Origin: Parasitella parasitica NRRL 2501
Taxonomy: Eukaryota; Fungi; Mucoromycota
NCBI GenBank assembly: GCA_025201805.1
Contig: MU619251.1
Coordinates: 124,001-187,766 of the forward strand
DNA length: 63,766 bases
Reading direction: 5' to 3'
Below the pieces are notes generated by a model that worked only from the letters and a program-made list of their open reading frames with translations, searched no databases and was not told the DNA's origin. This document shows, piece after piece, positions 36,036 to 50,150 of this stretch (positions within the stretch are counted from its first letter, which is position 1; every line of letters starts with the position of its first letter). Position numbers and translations under genes: made by a program.

Positions 36036-37660
36036 ATGACTGTGTAAACTTTGTATATCAAAAGAGGTAGCCCATCCAGTACTAACTTTTTGCCTATAGT
36101 GCTGATATTGGTCTCATTGGTTTGGCTGTAATGGGCCAAAATTTGATTTTGAACATGAATGATCATGGTTTCACTGTCTGTGCGTATAATCGTACTCATG
36201 AAAAGGTCGACCACTTTTTGGCTAACGAAGCAAAGGGTTAGAAATCAATTAACCAGCCGCCTTTACACTGATATTCACGCTTATCAATTAGGCACTAATG
36301 TTGTCGGTGCTCACTCTATTGAGGAACTCTGTTCCAAACTGAAGCGTCCCAGAAAAGTAATGATGCTGGTCAAGGCTGGTGCCCCAGTTGATTCCTTTAT
36401 TGAACAACTTTTGCCATACTTGGAAAAGGGCGATGTTATCATTGATGGTGGCAATTCTCATTTCCCCGACTCTATCCGTCGTGCTGACGAATTAGAAAAG
36501 AAAGGCATTCTGTTTGTCGGTTCTGGAGTATCTGGAGGCGAAGAAGGTGCTCGCTACGGCCCTTCTTTGATGCCTGGCGGTAACCCTGCTGCATGGCCTT
36601 TAATCAAACCCATTTTCCAAGCTATCGCTGCCAAGGCTCCTGATGGTGCCCCGTGTTGCGATTGGGTTGGTGAATCCGGTGCTGGCCATTATGTCAAAAT
36701 GGTACATAACGGTATTGGTAGGTTACATTGTATGAAGAGAAAAGCTGTTTCATGGCCTGCTAACACATCTTGTGCCCAGAATATGGTGATATGCAGTTGA
36801 TTTGTGAGATTTACCAAATCATGAAGGAAGGGCTTGGTCTTTCGGAAGATGAAATGGCCGATGTCTTTGACGGCTGGAATAAGGGTAAATTAGATTCCTT
36901 CTTGATTGAAATTACTCGTGATATCCTTCGCTTCAAGGACACAGATGGAAAGCCTCTCGTCGGAAAGATCCTCGATACCGCAGGCCAAAAGGGCACTGGT
37001 AAATGGACTGGTATTGATTCGCTTGATCGTGGCATTCCTGTTAGCTTGATTGGCGAGGCAGTCTATTCTCGTTGCCTCTCTGCGCTCAAGGGTGAACGCA
37101 CCAGAGCTTCCAAGATCTTGACTGGCCCAACAAAGGGCAATTACACTGGAGACAAAACCAAGTTTCTGCATGCACTCGGCGAAGCTCTTTATGCCGCTAA
37201 GATTGTTTCATATGCCCAAGGCTTCATGCTGATGCGCCAAGCTGGCGAAGACTACAAATGGAATCTCAATTTTGCAGGAATTGCATTGATGTGGCGTGGC
37301 GGCTGTATTATTCGCTCAGTTTTTCTGGGCAAGATCAAGGACGCGTACACGAATGACAAAAAGTTAGAGAATCTGTTGTTCGACCCCTTCTTCCAAGAGG
37401 CTACGTCGACAGCTCAGAGCTCATGGAGAGAAGTCATTGCCTTTGCTGTAGGCCAAGGTATCCCTACCCCTGCTCTTTCTACTGCCTTGAACTTTTACGA
37501 TGGTCTTCGTCATGAGATGCTTCCTGCCAACCTTTTGCAAGCCCAACGTGATTACTTTGGCGCCCATACATATGAACTTTTGTCCAATCCTGGTAAGCAT
37601 GTTCATACCAATTGGACCGGTAAGGGTGGCAATGTCTCTGCCTCTACTTATGATGCTTGA
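36036..37660 (+). CDS. GND1: 6-phosphogluconate dehydrogenase, decarboxylating; 3 introns, 8-nt first coding exon
   Basis: MTV|[49 protein letters not shown] and [10 protein letters not shown]. Confidence 0.98.
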
Positions 37661-37872
37661 AACAAGAGTCGTGTCCGTTCCCCTTTGTAAATACATAAAA
37701 TGAAACCCATGTAATAAGACATGTGGATTGCGAATAAAACAAACATGAATCATCAAAGCATCATATCCTGAGGACCATCCATTCTCGTAAATCATATTTA
37801 CCGCATATTGCTGAGTTGGCGCATGATGCATTATTTCGCCTTTTTTTTTTTTTACCATCATAATTTCAGAAA

Positions 37873-39764
37873 ATGGTTCGTTTGCTTACTATCGCAACAA
37901 CGGCCATCCTCGCAGCAATTGCACAAGCTAAAAACTTGAACGATGTCGACCCCAACACTGTAACGACGTTCAAAGACGGCGCGTTGTAAGTCTGCATAAT
38001 ACAATGACACGTCAATTTTGAGACCCTAAATGCATACTTTAGTATTGTGGAATATTATAGCCCCAGCTGCAAACATTGCACATCATTTGGTAAGCATTCA
38101 ATTACACGGCTATGGGGGGGGGCGACCTATTGAAGCATTCGACTGTTAGAATCTACGTGGGACCAACTTGTGAAGGATCATCAAAACACTGCCACATTTG
38201 CCAGACTCAACTGCGCTGCCCACAAAAGTTTCTGCTCGGAGATGGGCATTTCGCGTATTCCAACTCTCCAGTCAAACTTCAACGGTGGTGAATGGAAGCA
38301 GTATATTGGAGATTTCTCAGCAGATACAGTCGATAAGTTTATTAGGGAGAGCCGGATCAAAAGAAATGAGCACGGGAAAAATGTTGAATTGACCACATCT
38401 GCACAACTCAAGACAATCATTGGGAGTAAAGAGCCTTGGTTTGTAAAGTTTTACGCTCCCTGGTGTACTCATTGTAAGCATCTTGCACCTATCTGGGAGA
38501 GTCTGGCTAAAAAGCTGCAAGGTAAGGTCAACGTCGCAGAAGTCAATTGCGAAGATAACAAAGGTAAGAAGGCAGAGGAAGAGGAAGAGGCATGCAGCGT
38601 GCTTGTTTTTTAACCATACACTCTCAGCACTATGCCAAGAATACAAGATTGCTGGTTTACCCACATTGAACTAGTACAGTAGACTTTAAAAATTAGAGTT
38701 AATTGCCAGAAATTAAAAGAAATTCTGATAGTTTTGTCCATGAAGCCACTTTGAAATACACAGGTGAACGAAAATTAGAGAAATTGCTGGACTATGCTAT
38801 CGAAATGTCCGGCTCTCCTGTCCACAACATTGACACTGACAGTGAGCTGGACAGTCTTTTAAAAGCAAGCGATGTGAATTTTGTTTACGTCCGTGATGCC
38901 AAAAAAGACGAACACCAATTGCCTTTGCTAGAAAAATTTGCGCTTGCATTCATTGAGCATATTCCGTTCTTTACCACAACTGATCACAAAACTGCGCTCC
39001 GTTACAACTTGAAGGAATCAGACCTGCCAGCTGCCATCATTGTCAAAGACGGAAACTTCCATGTGTTCCATGACGCCGATATCCAAAATATTGTCCCCTG
39101 GATCCACAAGGAACGCTATCCTCTTGTCACACGCATATTGCCCCATAACTCTAATCGTATTTTGAAGGGTAAGCAAGTTGTCGTGCTAGGCATCACCAAG
39201 CCGGACGACTCTGATTCTGAATTGAAGCTTCGTGAAATGGCCAAAATATACAGAGACGAGCATAGCGGTAAAGATATCACTTTTGCTCTTTTAGATGGTG
39301 AACTTTGGGGCAACTATGTAAATCGCGCTTTCGGAATCCATAGCCATAAACTTCCTACTATCATCGTACTGGACCCAAAAAAGGAAATGTACTATGATAG
39401 CCATGGCAACAAGGCCAAGTTTGCCTTTGATAAGCCTGAGGAAATCCTGAAATCTATCAAGAATTTGGACAAACTGGCTGGAGTTTCAACAGCTGCCTCC
39501 AAGGCTATGAATGCGCTGGATAAATTCTTTATAAGCTTTAGCAACCACTGGATTCTTTGGACTACGGTTTTGTTTGGCGCATTGACTTGTGTGTTTTGGA
39601 TACTTGTCAGGGACGAGCCCAGGTCTATTACTCCTGCAGAAATCAGAGCACAAGCAAAGAAAGAGATTGATCAAAGAAATCAAGAAAAGAAGATGCAAAA
39701 AGTTGAACAAGAAGTTAATAAGACTGAGGAGACAACCTCCATTGCAGAAAAGAAGGATGATTAG
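37873..39764 (+). CDS. ER membrane thioredoxin/PDI-family protein (Eps1/TMX-like), multi-exon
   Basis: Signal peptide MVRLLTIATTAILAAIAQA. Two CxxC sites (YYSPSCKHC, FYAPWCTHC), a C-terminal TM, and a KKDD dilysine ER-retrieval motif. Confidence 0.87.
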
Positions 39765-39887
39765 CCGTTATCTTACAGGTTTTAGCACATATTCTTTTAG
39801 TGGTAAATTATAAAATACAACAAATGACATGATTCTACAGCAAATAAATACGATTTTTGTATCGATTTATTGTTTCATGAAATCAAC

Positions 39888-42292
39888 TTATCTGCGAGTG
39901 CAACGTTTGCAATACCATTCCTCCACTTGATCTCTTTCAGCAATCCCAACACAATCGCCGTGAAACCACGTACTACATCTATCGCATGCAATCATGAATG
40001 TGCCATAATCAATTCTAGGATTTTCGCAAATACATCGGATTTCTTCAGAAGATGTATGACCATTAGCTGAATTGGCAAAATTGGAGGCAGAATGAACAAA
40101 TGACCTCTTCGGAGTAGTTGTGGCTGAAGCTGTGGTTGTGGTTGCCGACCGTTGTGGGAGTGGTGAAGAGAAGTGCAATTGAGGTTGACTGTGCAACTGT
40201 TGGTGGTGGGTAGTGTGATTCTTTTCTAATTTTACAGGCATAATTGTAGTGTCATAGGTGGAGGTGGAGGAGGAGGAGGAGGATGAAGACGCTGGCAATT
40301 GTGATATATGAGTAGTTAGTTTTGTAAATTTGGGGGTTTTCGGTTTTTCAGGAACATGGTGCTGTGATTGTTGTTCGGGAGGGTTAATTTTGAATCTAAT
40401 TTTGGGGGTGCTAGGTGATGATACATTGTCTTCATTTCCAGTAGAGATCGACTGTTGTGCAGAGCTCTGTGAGAGATTAAGCATTAAATTTGGTGTTTTC
40501 TTGTGTTTCTTCTTCTTTTCGGTTGATAAGCCGTTTGGCGATAATGCAGACGAAGAGAACGACGATAATGATATAGGGCCGGTCTTGACAGGATTTTGCA
40601 GTGGTTTAGTAGTGGCAACAGACGGCAACTTTGTTTGCTGTACTTGTAAAGAAGGTGGCTGCTGTCCTTGTTGCTGCATTAAGGACAAGGGCGACGATGA
40701 CATTGCTGTTCCAGATGTTGACGGCAATAAGGACAAAGATAAATCATTGGTTATTGTCTCTGCGTTAGGGTTCTCCTTTAACCTTTGTTCCAGCAACTTT
40801 TGCCGTTCCAATGCTTGTTGCTTTTCGGCGAGCATTCTCTTCTTCTTGATTATGTACTTACTATCACCGGTTTTAATCGCATTAATGTCTACGCTATGCT
40901 TACTGATAGCATGATTGAAGGGCATAGACGAAGATGATCCTGAGACGCCATTACCTCTAGCCAACTTGTTCAGTTTCTTCATGCCTGCTTTCTTTGAGGA
41001 TGCACCGCCAGCTAGCACTGCCAACATACTGGCTGATCTTGACAATCGTGATCCGTCTGGAGAGGTAGGCATAGATCCGGGAGACCCATATTCAAATCCA
41101 CTAAAACCTGCTGAGGTTGGTGTCGCAGGTGCAGTACCGGTATTAGTGGTAGCAACATCAATCAACAAATTAGGAGCGGTCAATTTAGAAACAACTAGTG
41201 GCTCAGCAACATGACGGACAAGTTCATCAAATACGCCCGAATCATGATTGAATAAATAATTGCCTGGTGCAGCTGCATCTTGAGTTTGTGCTTTGAATAG
41301 TTCATCACGTCCAGCCAATCCTTCGCCTAGATTGTAATCGGGCGTCTTTATATGCTCCAGGGCCTCTATAAGTGGTGCGATTGCTGCCTTTTTTCGCCTC
41401 ACTGCTGCCTCTTCCTCATCCGCCTCGCTTCGTTTATTTCCTGTCTTGAGTAAAAGCGAAAGTGGTTTCGGCTGTTGCAATGACGGTTGTTGTTGTGGCT
41501 GTTGCAGCTCTTCATTTTCCAAGGCTAGACTGGAATCTTCGTAGGGTATAATGTGAGTGAAAGGGTTTTCAATTGGCTTCTTTCTCTTTTTAACGATGAC
41601 AGGGAGCGGCAACGATTCACCAGACGCTTGTTGTTGTAACTGTTGCTGCTGCTTTTGCTCTTCGAGATGCTGCTGCTTCTGCAAAAGTAAGTTATCGACC
41701 TCGTCCATGACAGTATCTTCCTTGATTTCGGGAAAAGGTGGAAAATAAGGTGGGACGTAGTCAGGGAGCGTTGCTGTGTGGGGTGGTGATGGGGGCGATT
41801 CGGTCGTTGGAGATGCTGATCCTGGCGATGGTATTTCAAATTCTGGCACGTTCCCAAATCTATACTCAATGATGTCCTCCAAGTTGGGCTTTCCCCCATT
41901 CACAATACCTGTCATTCACAAAGTTATAGTGTTAATTTTTGTTTAATATGAGGATAATCGTGTCAGTTTTTACCCTGCAAGAGTCTTCCTGGATCTGACT
42001 GCGCTGACCAGCAAGGAGTCAAAGCCTTACCCTCATCCTCAAGCCAAGTCTTGAGAGATTTTGCATCCACCGATAGATCTTGGAGTGCTTCAACCAAGTC
42101 TTTTGGCGTTCCCAAGGTTCTACCATTCAAATTGGCATAGGATGACACTGTGGAGCCTAAGAGCTCAATGTATTGGCCAAAGATATCAGCGAGTGTATTG
42201 ATAGAATGGTTGTTGGCTGCTTCGAATCCGGCGCTCTGGATAATCTGCTGTGTAGCGGTTTTTAATATGGAATGACACACATTATCCGTCAT
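39888..42292 (-). CDS. TFIID TAF3/TAF8-like histone-fold (Bromo_TP) protein with C-terminal PHD finger; intron 41909-41973
   Basis: N-terminal QIIQSAGFEA...TLADIFGQYIELLG...ANLNGRT histone fold, then LPDYVPPYFPPFP, then PHD CIC...MIACDRCSTWFHGDCVGI...WYCKRC. Confidence 0.82.
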
Positions 42293-42408
42293 GTTGGTGG
42301 AAACAAAAATATAAAAAAAAAAAAAAAAAAAAAAGAAATGGAGAAATGTGAAAGAAAGGTAAGCAACGCGCTTAAAGAAAGGATGTTTTCTAGTCTTGTT
42401 TGCTAATG

Positions 42409-42416
42409 TGACGTCA
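42409..42416. promoter_or_regulatory. perfect CRE/ATF palindrome TGACGTCA in a 192-bp divergent promoter
   Basis: The motif lies between the TAF ATG (42292, -) and the MDE1 ATG (42485, +). Function is untested. Confidence 0.3.
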
Positions 42417-42484
42417 GTAAATGGATGTCTTGAAGTGTAAATGTATGAAAAAAATTGCTCTTGTCTTTGCCGTTCAATTCTTCA

Positions 42485-43392
42485 ATGTCTTGCACCAAGG
42501 AAGCAGTATCTGAAGCCGACACACTCTGCATTAGCAGCGATCCTCATCACCCTGCAAACTTGATTCCCGAATTATGTCGTTTGTTCTATCAATTAGGATG
42601 GGTTACAGGCACCGGAGGTGGTATCAGTATTAGAAAAGAGTAAGGACTTGGATTTTTTCGGCCCTAGGCCACAACGACTTATATAAATCTCTAGTGATCA
42701 TGTCTATATTGCTCCCTCAGGCGTACAAAAAGAAAGAATGGAAGCTAGTCATATATTTGTCATGAACTATCATGATCGTAGTTTGTTGAGAAAGCCTTTG
42801 GTCTTGAAGCCATCTGCATGCACGCCTTTGTTTTACAATGCGTACACTATGCGTCAAGCTGGCGCCTGTATTCACACTCATTCGCAAAATGCTGTCATGG
42901 CAACATTGTTGTACCCGGGGGAAACATTTGAAATCTCTCATCAAGAGATGATCAAGGGCATTCGTATTGGATCAAGCAAGAATAATCTACGCTATTTTGA
43001 CAAGTTGGTCGTTCCTATTGTTGAGAATACACCCGAGGAAGAAAATTTAACTGATAGAATGGCTGCTGTAAGTTTGCTCATAGTATACACCAAGGGGAAT
43101 TTCCCCTTTTTTTTTCTCCAACTCATTCCACAAAATAGGCCATGGAAAAATATCCTGATACAAATGCTGTTCTTGTGCGTCGACACGGTGTTTATGTTTG
43201 GGGCGGTAAGTTTTTATTCTCATCTGTATGTATATATGGTTATTTATATATTTTTCCTACATTGCAGAATCTTGGGAGAAGGCAAAGACAATGACCGAAT
43301 GCTATGATTATCTGTTTGAAATTGCTGTCAAAATGAAGGCTATTGGTATTGATCCTGCGGTGAAACCTGCCAGTGAACCTGATTATGAATAA
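42485..43392 (+). CDS. MDE1: methylthioribulose-1-phosphate dehydratase (MtnB/APIP), 3 introns
   Basis: [53 protein letters not shown] and [13 protein letters not shown]. Confidence 0.96.
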
Positions 43393-45002
43393 ACACATAT
43401 GGCTTATGATCTCTACTGGGTTGCATTATGTCTTTTATGTCCTTTGAAAAAAGCATGGATTCTCTGACGGTGGTGGTAAAACTGGTTTAATGTCCGACCA
43501 CGATTCAGTTTTCCTTTTGGCATCAAAATCTGAAAAATTGAAAATTTGTGCCACTTGTCTCATCTATTACTCAAATCCATGATAAAAATAGTATATTGTA
43601 TGTATAATATTATTTGTACAGCTTTCCAATGCCCTTCTAACGGTGTATTGAAAAATCTATTATCTCGGTCGTACATTTCACAGTCTCCCAGAAACCGTTA
43701 ATTCGGTTTTTGACGATAATCTCAATTTTTTAAGTGAGGGCTGCTAAAATCAATAGCGGGGTATGATACTCCAGACGTTTACACTCAAATTTCATTATAC
43801 ATGTCTTGTCATAATTTTTGATTTTGGGGATGAAAAAAGCTAAAAAAGAGAATCCTGAGGATTTCGCCTGGGTATACAAGGCCAAAATGGCGAAAAAATC
43901 AATGATTTTCACCCATTTGAAAAAAGTAGAATAATTGCTACCAAAAGTTACTTTGCCATCCAAAAGATGGTGTAGAGTAAATTTAAGCACGTAAAACGGC
44001 TAAAAAATATGTAAAACGGAGGGCTAAAGCCACAGTTCTTGCCCTTTCTAGGATATATAACGCGTCATTAAGCAAGCAAATGTTGTAAAGTATATGCAAA
44101 GAAGCAATGTTGCTGGTAAAAAGCACATTCTATATTGAGTGTGGATGTACCTGTCTTTTCGGTTGGCTTCAGATCTGAATATTTGGGTTCACAAGCAAAG
44201 TATGTGTAACTATTGTTACTCTAAATGACAATCGCAGATTTGATCTGTAATGTGTGCATAACGCCTAAGACACGCCAAACGACATGAAGCGTATTCTTAT
44301 CAGGTGTATTAGACAGTCAGAATAGTATGATATTGTGAATACATGCTTATCTGTATTATGTCGCTTGTTCTCTTATTTCTGCTACTTGACTAGGTTGCAG
44401 CGAGTGTGTAACATCCGATCCAAGGTTTTATTCGGGTGATTGTTTAACACAAAAACGTGGTGTGGTATCAATTACAAGTTTACCGTGGCAAGCGTGCTCG
44501 TACCATCCAAATTCTTGTTAATGCGATCAATATCTCTGATGATTGGGTCTGCTAGGCTGGAAACTGAGAAACAAAAGAGCGTATTAAGCCTACCTTCTCG
44601 TTGTGTGAACATCTGATATATAGAATAAAGCCATTGATATGATCTTTTTCTAATCATTATTATCAATATGGGTAAACGATATATATCTATGATGATACAA
44701 TGCACACATTATGATACTATATAGTTTTTTTTTTAGGCCTTATTTACTAAAACAAGTGGTATTCATCTTGCTGTTACAGTGGTACAGCACTGCAAAACCA
44801 GGCCAATAAGTGCCAATTCTCTGTCCATGCATGAAAACTAATCTCGTTGCCAGTTGATCGTGCTCAATGTATTGGAAATAAACCATTCCTGTCGTAAAAA
44901 ACCACCAGGTTTACAGATTTAATAAATATCGCCTTTCTGGGATCTTTTTGTCTCTTTGCTTTGTATTCCTATTTTTTTTTTATATACATATTTATATAAG
45001 AC

Positions 45003-46786
45003 ATGGAGCATCAAAATGAACAAGTGTCGCCGCCTGTTATCCTGGGCAGTGCAAGCGACCAGACTGACTATGTTTTGACATCAAAAGAGCGCCGTCGTTT
45101 AGCATTGGAAGAAGTACATACAACATTCCTAAACTTATGTATGTGTATATTAATAATAATGTCATATGTTAGATTGACAACGCCAAGTTTGGCTGGTTCC
45201 ACGTCCGTGCTTGTATTGTATCTGGTGTAGGCTTCTTTACGGATGCCTACGATATCTTTGCCATTAATTTAGTCTCTACCATGATCGGCTATGTCTACTG
45301 GCAAGAATCAGGCAACAAGACGCCCTACAACGTTGATACAGCCATCAAGGTGTCATGCTCTGTTGGTACCGTTATTGGGCAACTTTTATTCGGGTATCTT
45401 GCCGACCATGTGGGTCGTAAACGGATGTATGGCGTAGAGCTTATGATTATCATTGTGGGAACTGTAGGTCAAACATTAGTTGGTAATGCGCCTGCCGTTT
45501 CTTTCTGGGCTGTCATCACATTCTGGCGTATCCTTGTAGGCATCGGAATCGGTGGTGATTATCCACTTTCTTCTGTTATTACAGCTGAATTCGCTACTAC
45601 CAAGCACCGCGGTGCTATGATGTCTGCTGTGTTTGCCATGCAGGGCATTGGCCAAGTAACTGCTGGTATTGTTGGTTTAGTCGTAACTGCTGCTTTCAAG
45701 AGTGCCATCGAATACGACCAGGCCAATCTCGACTATGTCTGGAGAATCGTCATCGGTCTTGGCGCCATTCCAGGTGTTTGCGCTCTTTACTATCGCTTGA
45801 CTATTCCTGAGACTCCTCGCTACACCATGGATATTGAAAACAAATTTGAAAAGGGTATTTCCGATGCCAAGGCCTTTATTGAGAAGGGAGCCTCCTCTGG
45901 TGATTATACTGAAAATACTGTTACTGCTCATGCCGTAGTCGAAGATGGTCCTCCAAAGGCTACTTGGAAGGATTTCCGCCAACATTTCGGTCAATGGAAG
46001 CATGGTAAAGTTTTGATTGGTACTGCTTATTCTTGGTTTGCTCTTGATGTTGCTTGGTATGGCCTCGGCTTGAATAATTCCATCATTCTTAACAATATTG
46101 GTTTCGCTGGTGGATCTGATGCATACAAGTATGTGGATTAGGATATCTAATATAGACACCATCACTCATTCAATGTATATAGCGCCGTTTTCCGTACTTG
46201 TGTAGGTAACGTTATCATCAACTTGCTAGGATCTGTTCCCGGTTATTGGATCTCTGTGTTTACGATTGATAAAATGGGCAGAAAAACCATCCAGATAATG
46301 GGTTTTACCATGCTCACCATCATGTTTGTCATTCTCGGCTTTGGCTACAGCGCCATCATTGAAAAATCAATTCCTCTGTTTATCGTTTTGTATACTATTA
46401 CACAAATCTTCTTTAATTGGGGTCCAAATACTACGACATTTGTCGTACCTGGTGAATGCTTTCCTACTCGTTACAGATCAACTGCACACGGTATTTCCGC
46501 GGCTTCTGGTAAAATTGGCGCAATCGTTGCGCAGGTTGGATTCGGTTTGTTAAAAGACATTGGAGGCTCAAATAAGTGGATCAATCACCTGTTGCAAATT
46601 TTTGCTTTTTTCATGCTGACTGGAATTTTCTCTTCTTTACTGATCAACGAAACCAAAGGTAAATCATTGGAAGAGCTTTCTGGAGATTATCAAGATGATG
46701 TCAGGCATGAAAGCGTTCCTATCCCTACTGCTGCTGCCTCCCAAAATAACGATAACAAGCTTGAGTCAAATAAGCTTTCGTATTAA
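45003..46786 (+). CDS. PHO84: high-affinity phosphate:H+ symporter, 2 introns
   Basis: ERRRLALEE|IDNAKFGWFHVRACIVSGVGFFTDAYDIF, GIGIGGDYPLS, FAMQG, WFALDVAWYGLGLN and GPNTTTFVVPGECFPTRYRSTAHGISAA. Confidence 0.96.
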
Positions 46787-47166
46787 AATTCATGGAATAT
46801 GTGTATCTGTATCACCATTTTAATATTATTTACTCTCATTATTATAATAAAAAATATCCAACATAACCGATTTAATTTATGTATTTTTGCGCAACTATCA
46901 GTGTATCAAAGATATATCAATATTTATTTACAGAGACGCATATGGGTCCCCTTTTTAAAACATCAAATGTCCCAAAATAACTGGTATATTTATACTACAG
47001 AGAAAATGCAATGTCCCCATTTGGACTGAAACAAAATAAGCCAAAAAAAAAAAAATCTCAGTGGTAAATTTGTTTGTAATCATCGTTTTTCATTTTCGCC
47101 TTTCTTTCTCCCCTTTTTATCACAAAGAATTACAAAACATCGTCTGCAGTATTCTGTTTAAATTAA

Positions 47167-48406
47167 ATGACTTTAAGTCAATCATCATCCAATCCAAATT
47201 CACCGCAAAAGTCGTCGTATCCAACTGCTTTTCAATGGCCAGTTCCTGACACAGCCTTTTGCACTGATACATCACTGAAAGAAATCATCGAAAAATACTA
47301 CTCTAGCAACAATGATTTGTTAAAACATGTCTTGATAGCTAAATCAGAAGAAGACAAGGTACATGCACATAATTAACAACAATGAATATACGCAATATTA
47401 ATTTTTTTTCATTGTGCCAATAAAGAAATTAGCGGCTCACGATGTTTTGAAAACTGAACAAGCACGAATTTTTCTACGTCGAATGGATATTGAATTACTC
47501 AAGGAGCAATCCAAATTGGCTCCTAAGCAACCGCCGTTATATCCTGTATATCCACAGCAATCACAAGCGTATGCTTTCTACAGCCTTGCTCCTGTACAAC
47601 AACAAGTATTGGCGCGTATTACTAGTGCTTCTTCCCAGACACCAGTAGATCGACATCCTCCACCTCATACTAGTATACCAATTTCGCAACATCAGCAACA
47701 GCAAAATTACCAGCAACAGCAACAGCAGCAACAGCAGCAACAGCAAAAGCAAAAGCAATCTCCAAAAGAATACGGCCATCCCAATTATCCTCCACCTTCT
47801 CCTGTTGTGTATCCACATTCTGCACATCCTCTTTGTCCTCCTGATCCTAGATTGAACCCTTTTCTACCACACCCATTTCATCATCGATTATCTGTATCGT
47901 CTTCTCAGCAACCCACAACACCTACATCTCCTGGCCATGGAAATTTAAATGATAATATCAAGTCAAGAAAAAGGAGCCATGCCTCAATCATATACGAGGA
48001 AGATAAACCGCCTCACAATAAGGTCATGGAAGCATTGAAAGCTAAAATACAGAGAGGAATTAGTTCACCACTGGCCACGACGGCTCCTAGCTCGGCTCTT
48101 GGTTCACATGCAGACAAGAGACGACGCACCCTGCCGAAACTTCATACATCCAAAGTGCCTCCAATTTTAACACATCCACACCAACATCATCATACGCCTC
48201 CTCTTTCAACACCATCCCCCCGTTCTGCAAAGCCTGTTCTTCCACCTATAGATACCAATGTAGGTCGCCTGCCTGCAAAGAATTTACCTTCTCATCCGCC
48301 GCCTCCATTGTCACCTATGAAAACATCAAGTCCACCTCAAGCTGCTATATCATCCATTCGTTCAAGTCATGCATACAATAATGATTCAAATTTAGATAAT
48401 CCTTAA
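47167..48406 (+). CDS. uncharacterised Gln/Pro/His-rich protein; intron 47359-47425
   Basis: Two ORFs join in frame (LLKHVLIAKSEEDK|KLAAHD). Poly-Q, basic NLS-like patches (KSRKRS, DKRRRT) and a short helix HNKVMEALKAKIQR. Confidence 0.75.
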
Positions 48407-50150
48407 CACCAGCATCAACACACAAACACTTGCCATCCTTCTTTTGTCTATTCATAATTCTACTGATAATAATAAACTACTTTAACAGGATTTCCTGCCA
48501 TGTCAGATCCACGTTTTTTTTTTTTTTGTGAGCCGAGGCAAAGATTGTTTATTTTCAGACAAGTTTCTATTTATCGTAGGCGATTGTAATCCCAATAAAG
48601 CAACGCTATAGACTACCTTATCACCTTGTTTTTTATACAAAAAATGAAGTGCTGTATATACAATCTTATACCAGCATTGCAATTTGAGGATCACCACGGC
48701 TTCAGTAGTTTGGAATCTTTGAGATATACGGTACATATAAGTGAGTTGCTTCGTGGCAAACATTTGACTGATTTATTTTAGCTCAGTGTTCTTCCTTTCA
48801 TGTAGTGATTGGCTCGGTACGAATGAATAGGTCTCGTACATATTAATTATTGAAATCAGGCAGTTTAATTTTAGCTATAGTTACTTTTGTCTTTGAAAAA
48901 AACAGGCCTTGATTCGATAGGTTTGCCTAGGCAGCCCCCCCCCCCCAAAGTCCGTATTGACTACATAGCAAAGCTTAGCTAAAAAGTTCGTTCCAGTTCA
49001 CAGATAGGACATGCCATCAAGAAGATCGGTTTTGGTCTCAGAATGAACGAACTAGTGTTAGTTTTGGCCTTACGTAAGCCAACAGAGACTATAAATCAAC
49101 ATGCATGTGCGGCAGCCCCTACTTTTTTGACAAACTCTACCATTGATCTTAGCGTTTAATACTCGAAAATGGTGAGGGTAAACTTGACTTTATCCAAATC
49201 TCAAAAGTCTTGGAATACATACCAAGTCGAAGCTTTCCATTGTCTACTTTTAGTAGAATGATGTATGCACATATTTTGCATCAAATGTTGCGATTCAATA
49301 GAGAAATTCGTTTAAAATTGAATACAAAGTTTCAGTGATTCTTGAACATCTTGAAATATATTTGGACTATATCAGTCCCACAGCAAATAGCTCATGGTAG
49401 CAAATAAAATGTTCCAGGTAACGTTTTTCATCTGTTTAATAGTAAAAAGGATTTGTGTATTGTTGGATGTGGGTAGAGATCTGCATGAACACAAAAAACT
49501 CAATTTTAAAACTATTGCTGCTAAAACGGGATTTAAATCTTTTCTTTTCTTTTTTCTTGCTGAATGGCCAAACTTGCCGGAAGGACATCCAGATTTTCTG
49601 TTTTCTCGTTATTTGAGATGTCTCTGAATAGTTGAAAAAAAACAAAAAAAAACAGGGTAAAATGCTATTTGTTATGCTCTATAATTTGATGTATACAAAA
49701 AAAAAATTATTATGAAAATAACAAGCTAAAATTATTTAACCAGAAAATCATTTTTTATCTCAAACTAAGTATTCCTATACTTGATTTCTTTTTTTGAAGC
49801 TTTATAATAGTTTTTATAGCTCATACATACTTTTTCTTCACATAATGTAGATGATTTAAAAGCCGTTTTTGTGTTGAAAAACTAGATTTTCGTAAAAACT
49901 CGCTTTTTCATGAGGGGTCATGAGGGTTTTGGATGACTGAAAATTGCCAGCAAAAAAATCTGAATTTAAATATTACGCTTGCTTAATTTAACCTGAACTC
50001 ATTCTACATCTATGCGAATACACATTCTACAACTAACAATAAGCATTTTAAATAAGCTGAAGATCCATTTACTTTTATTATTTCAATTAAAAATAACAGG
50101 TTTTTGCAATGAATAAATTATTCCTCTTTTTTTTTTCATATATGTGTCAG

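Noticed and set aside
40330-41748. Antisense ORFs over TAF, tubulin, GND1, PHO84, MRP51 and the CipC domain
   Set aside because: They are shadows of codon bias or low complexity on the opposite strand of real genes.
44453-44460. Pho4-like CACGTT site upstream of PHO84
   Set aside because: A single hexamer about 550 bp upstream is within chance expectation.
49480-49960. DNA-transposon/MITE-like termini here and at about 43730-44050 and 3221-3290; a 14-bp match AAAACTCGCTTTTT to about 32722-32735 (reverse)
   Set aside because: I could not establish paired TIRs or TSDs, and short matches are expected in AT-rich DNA.
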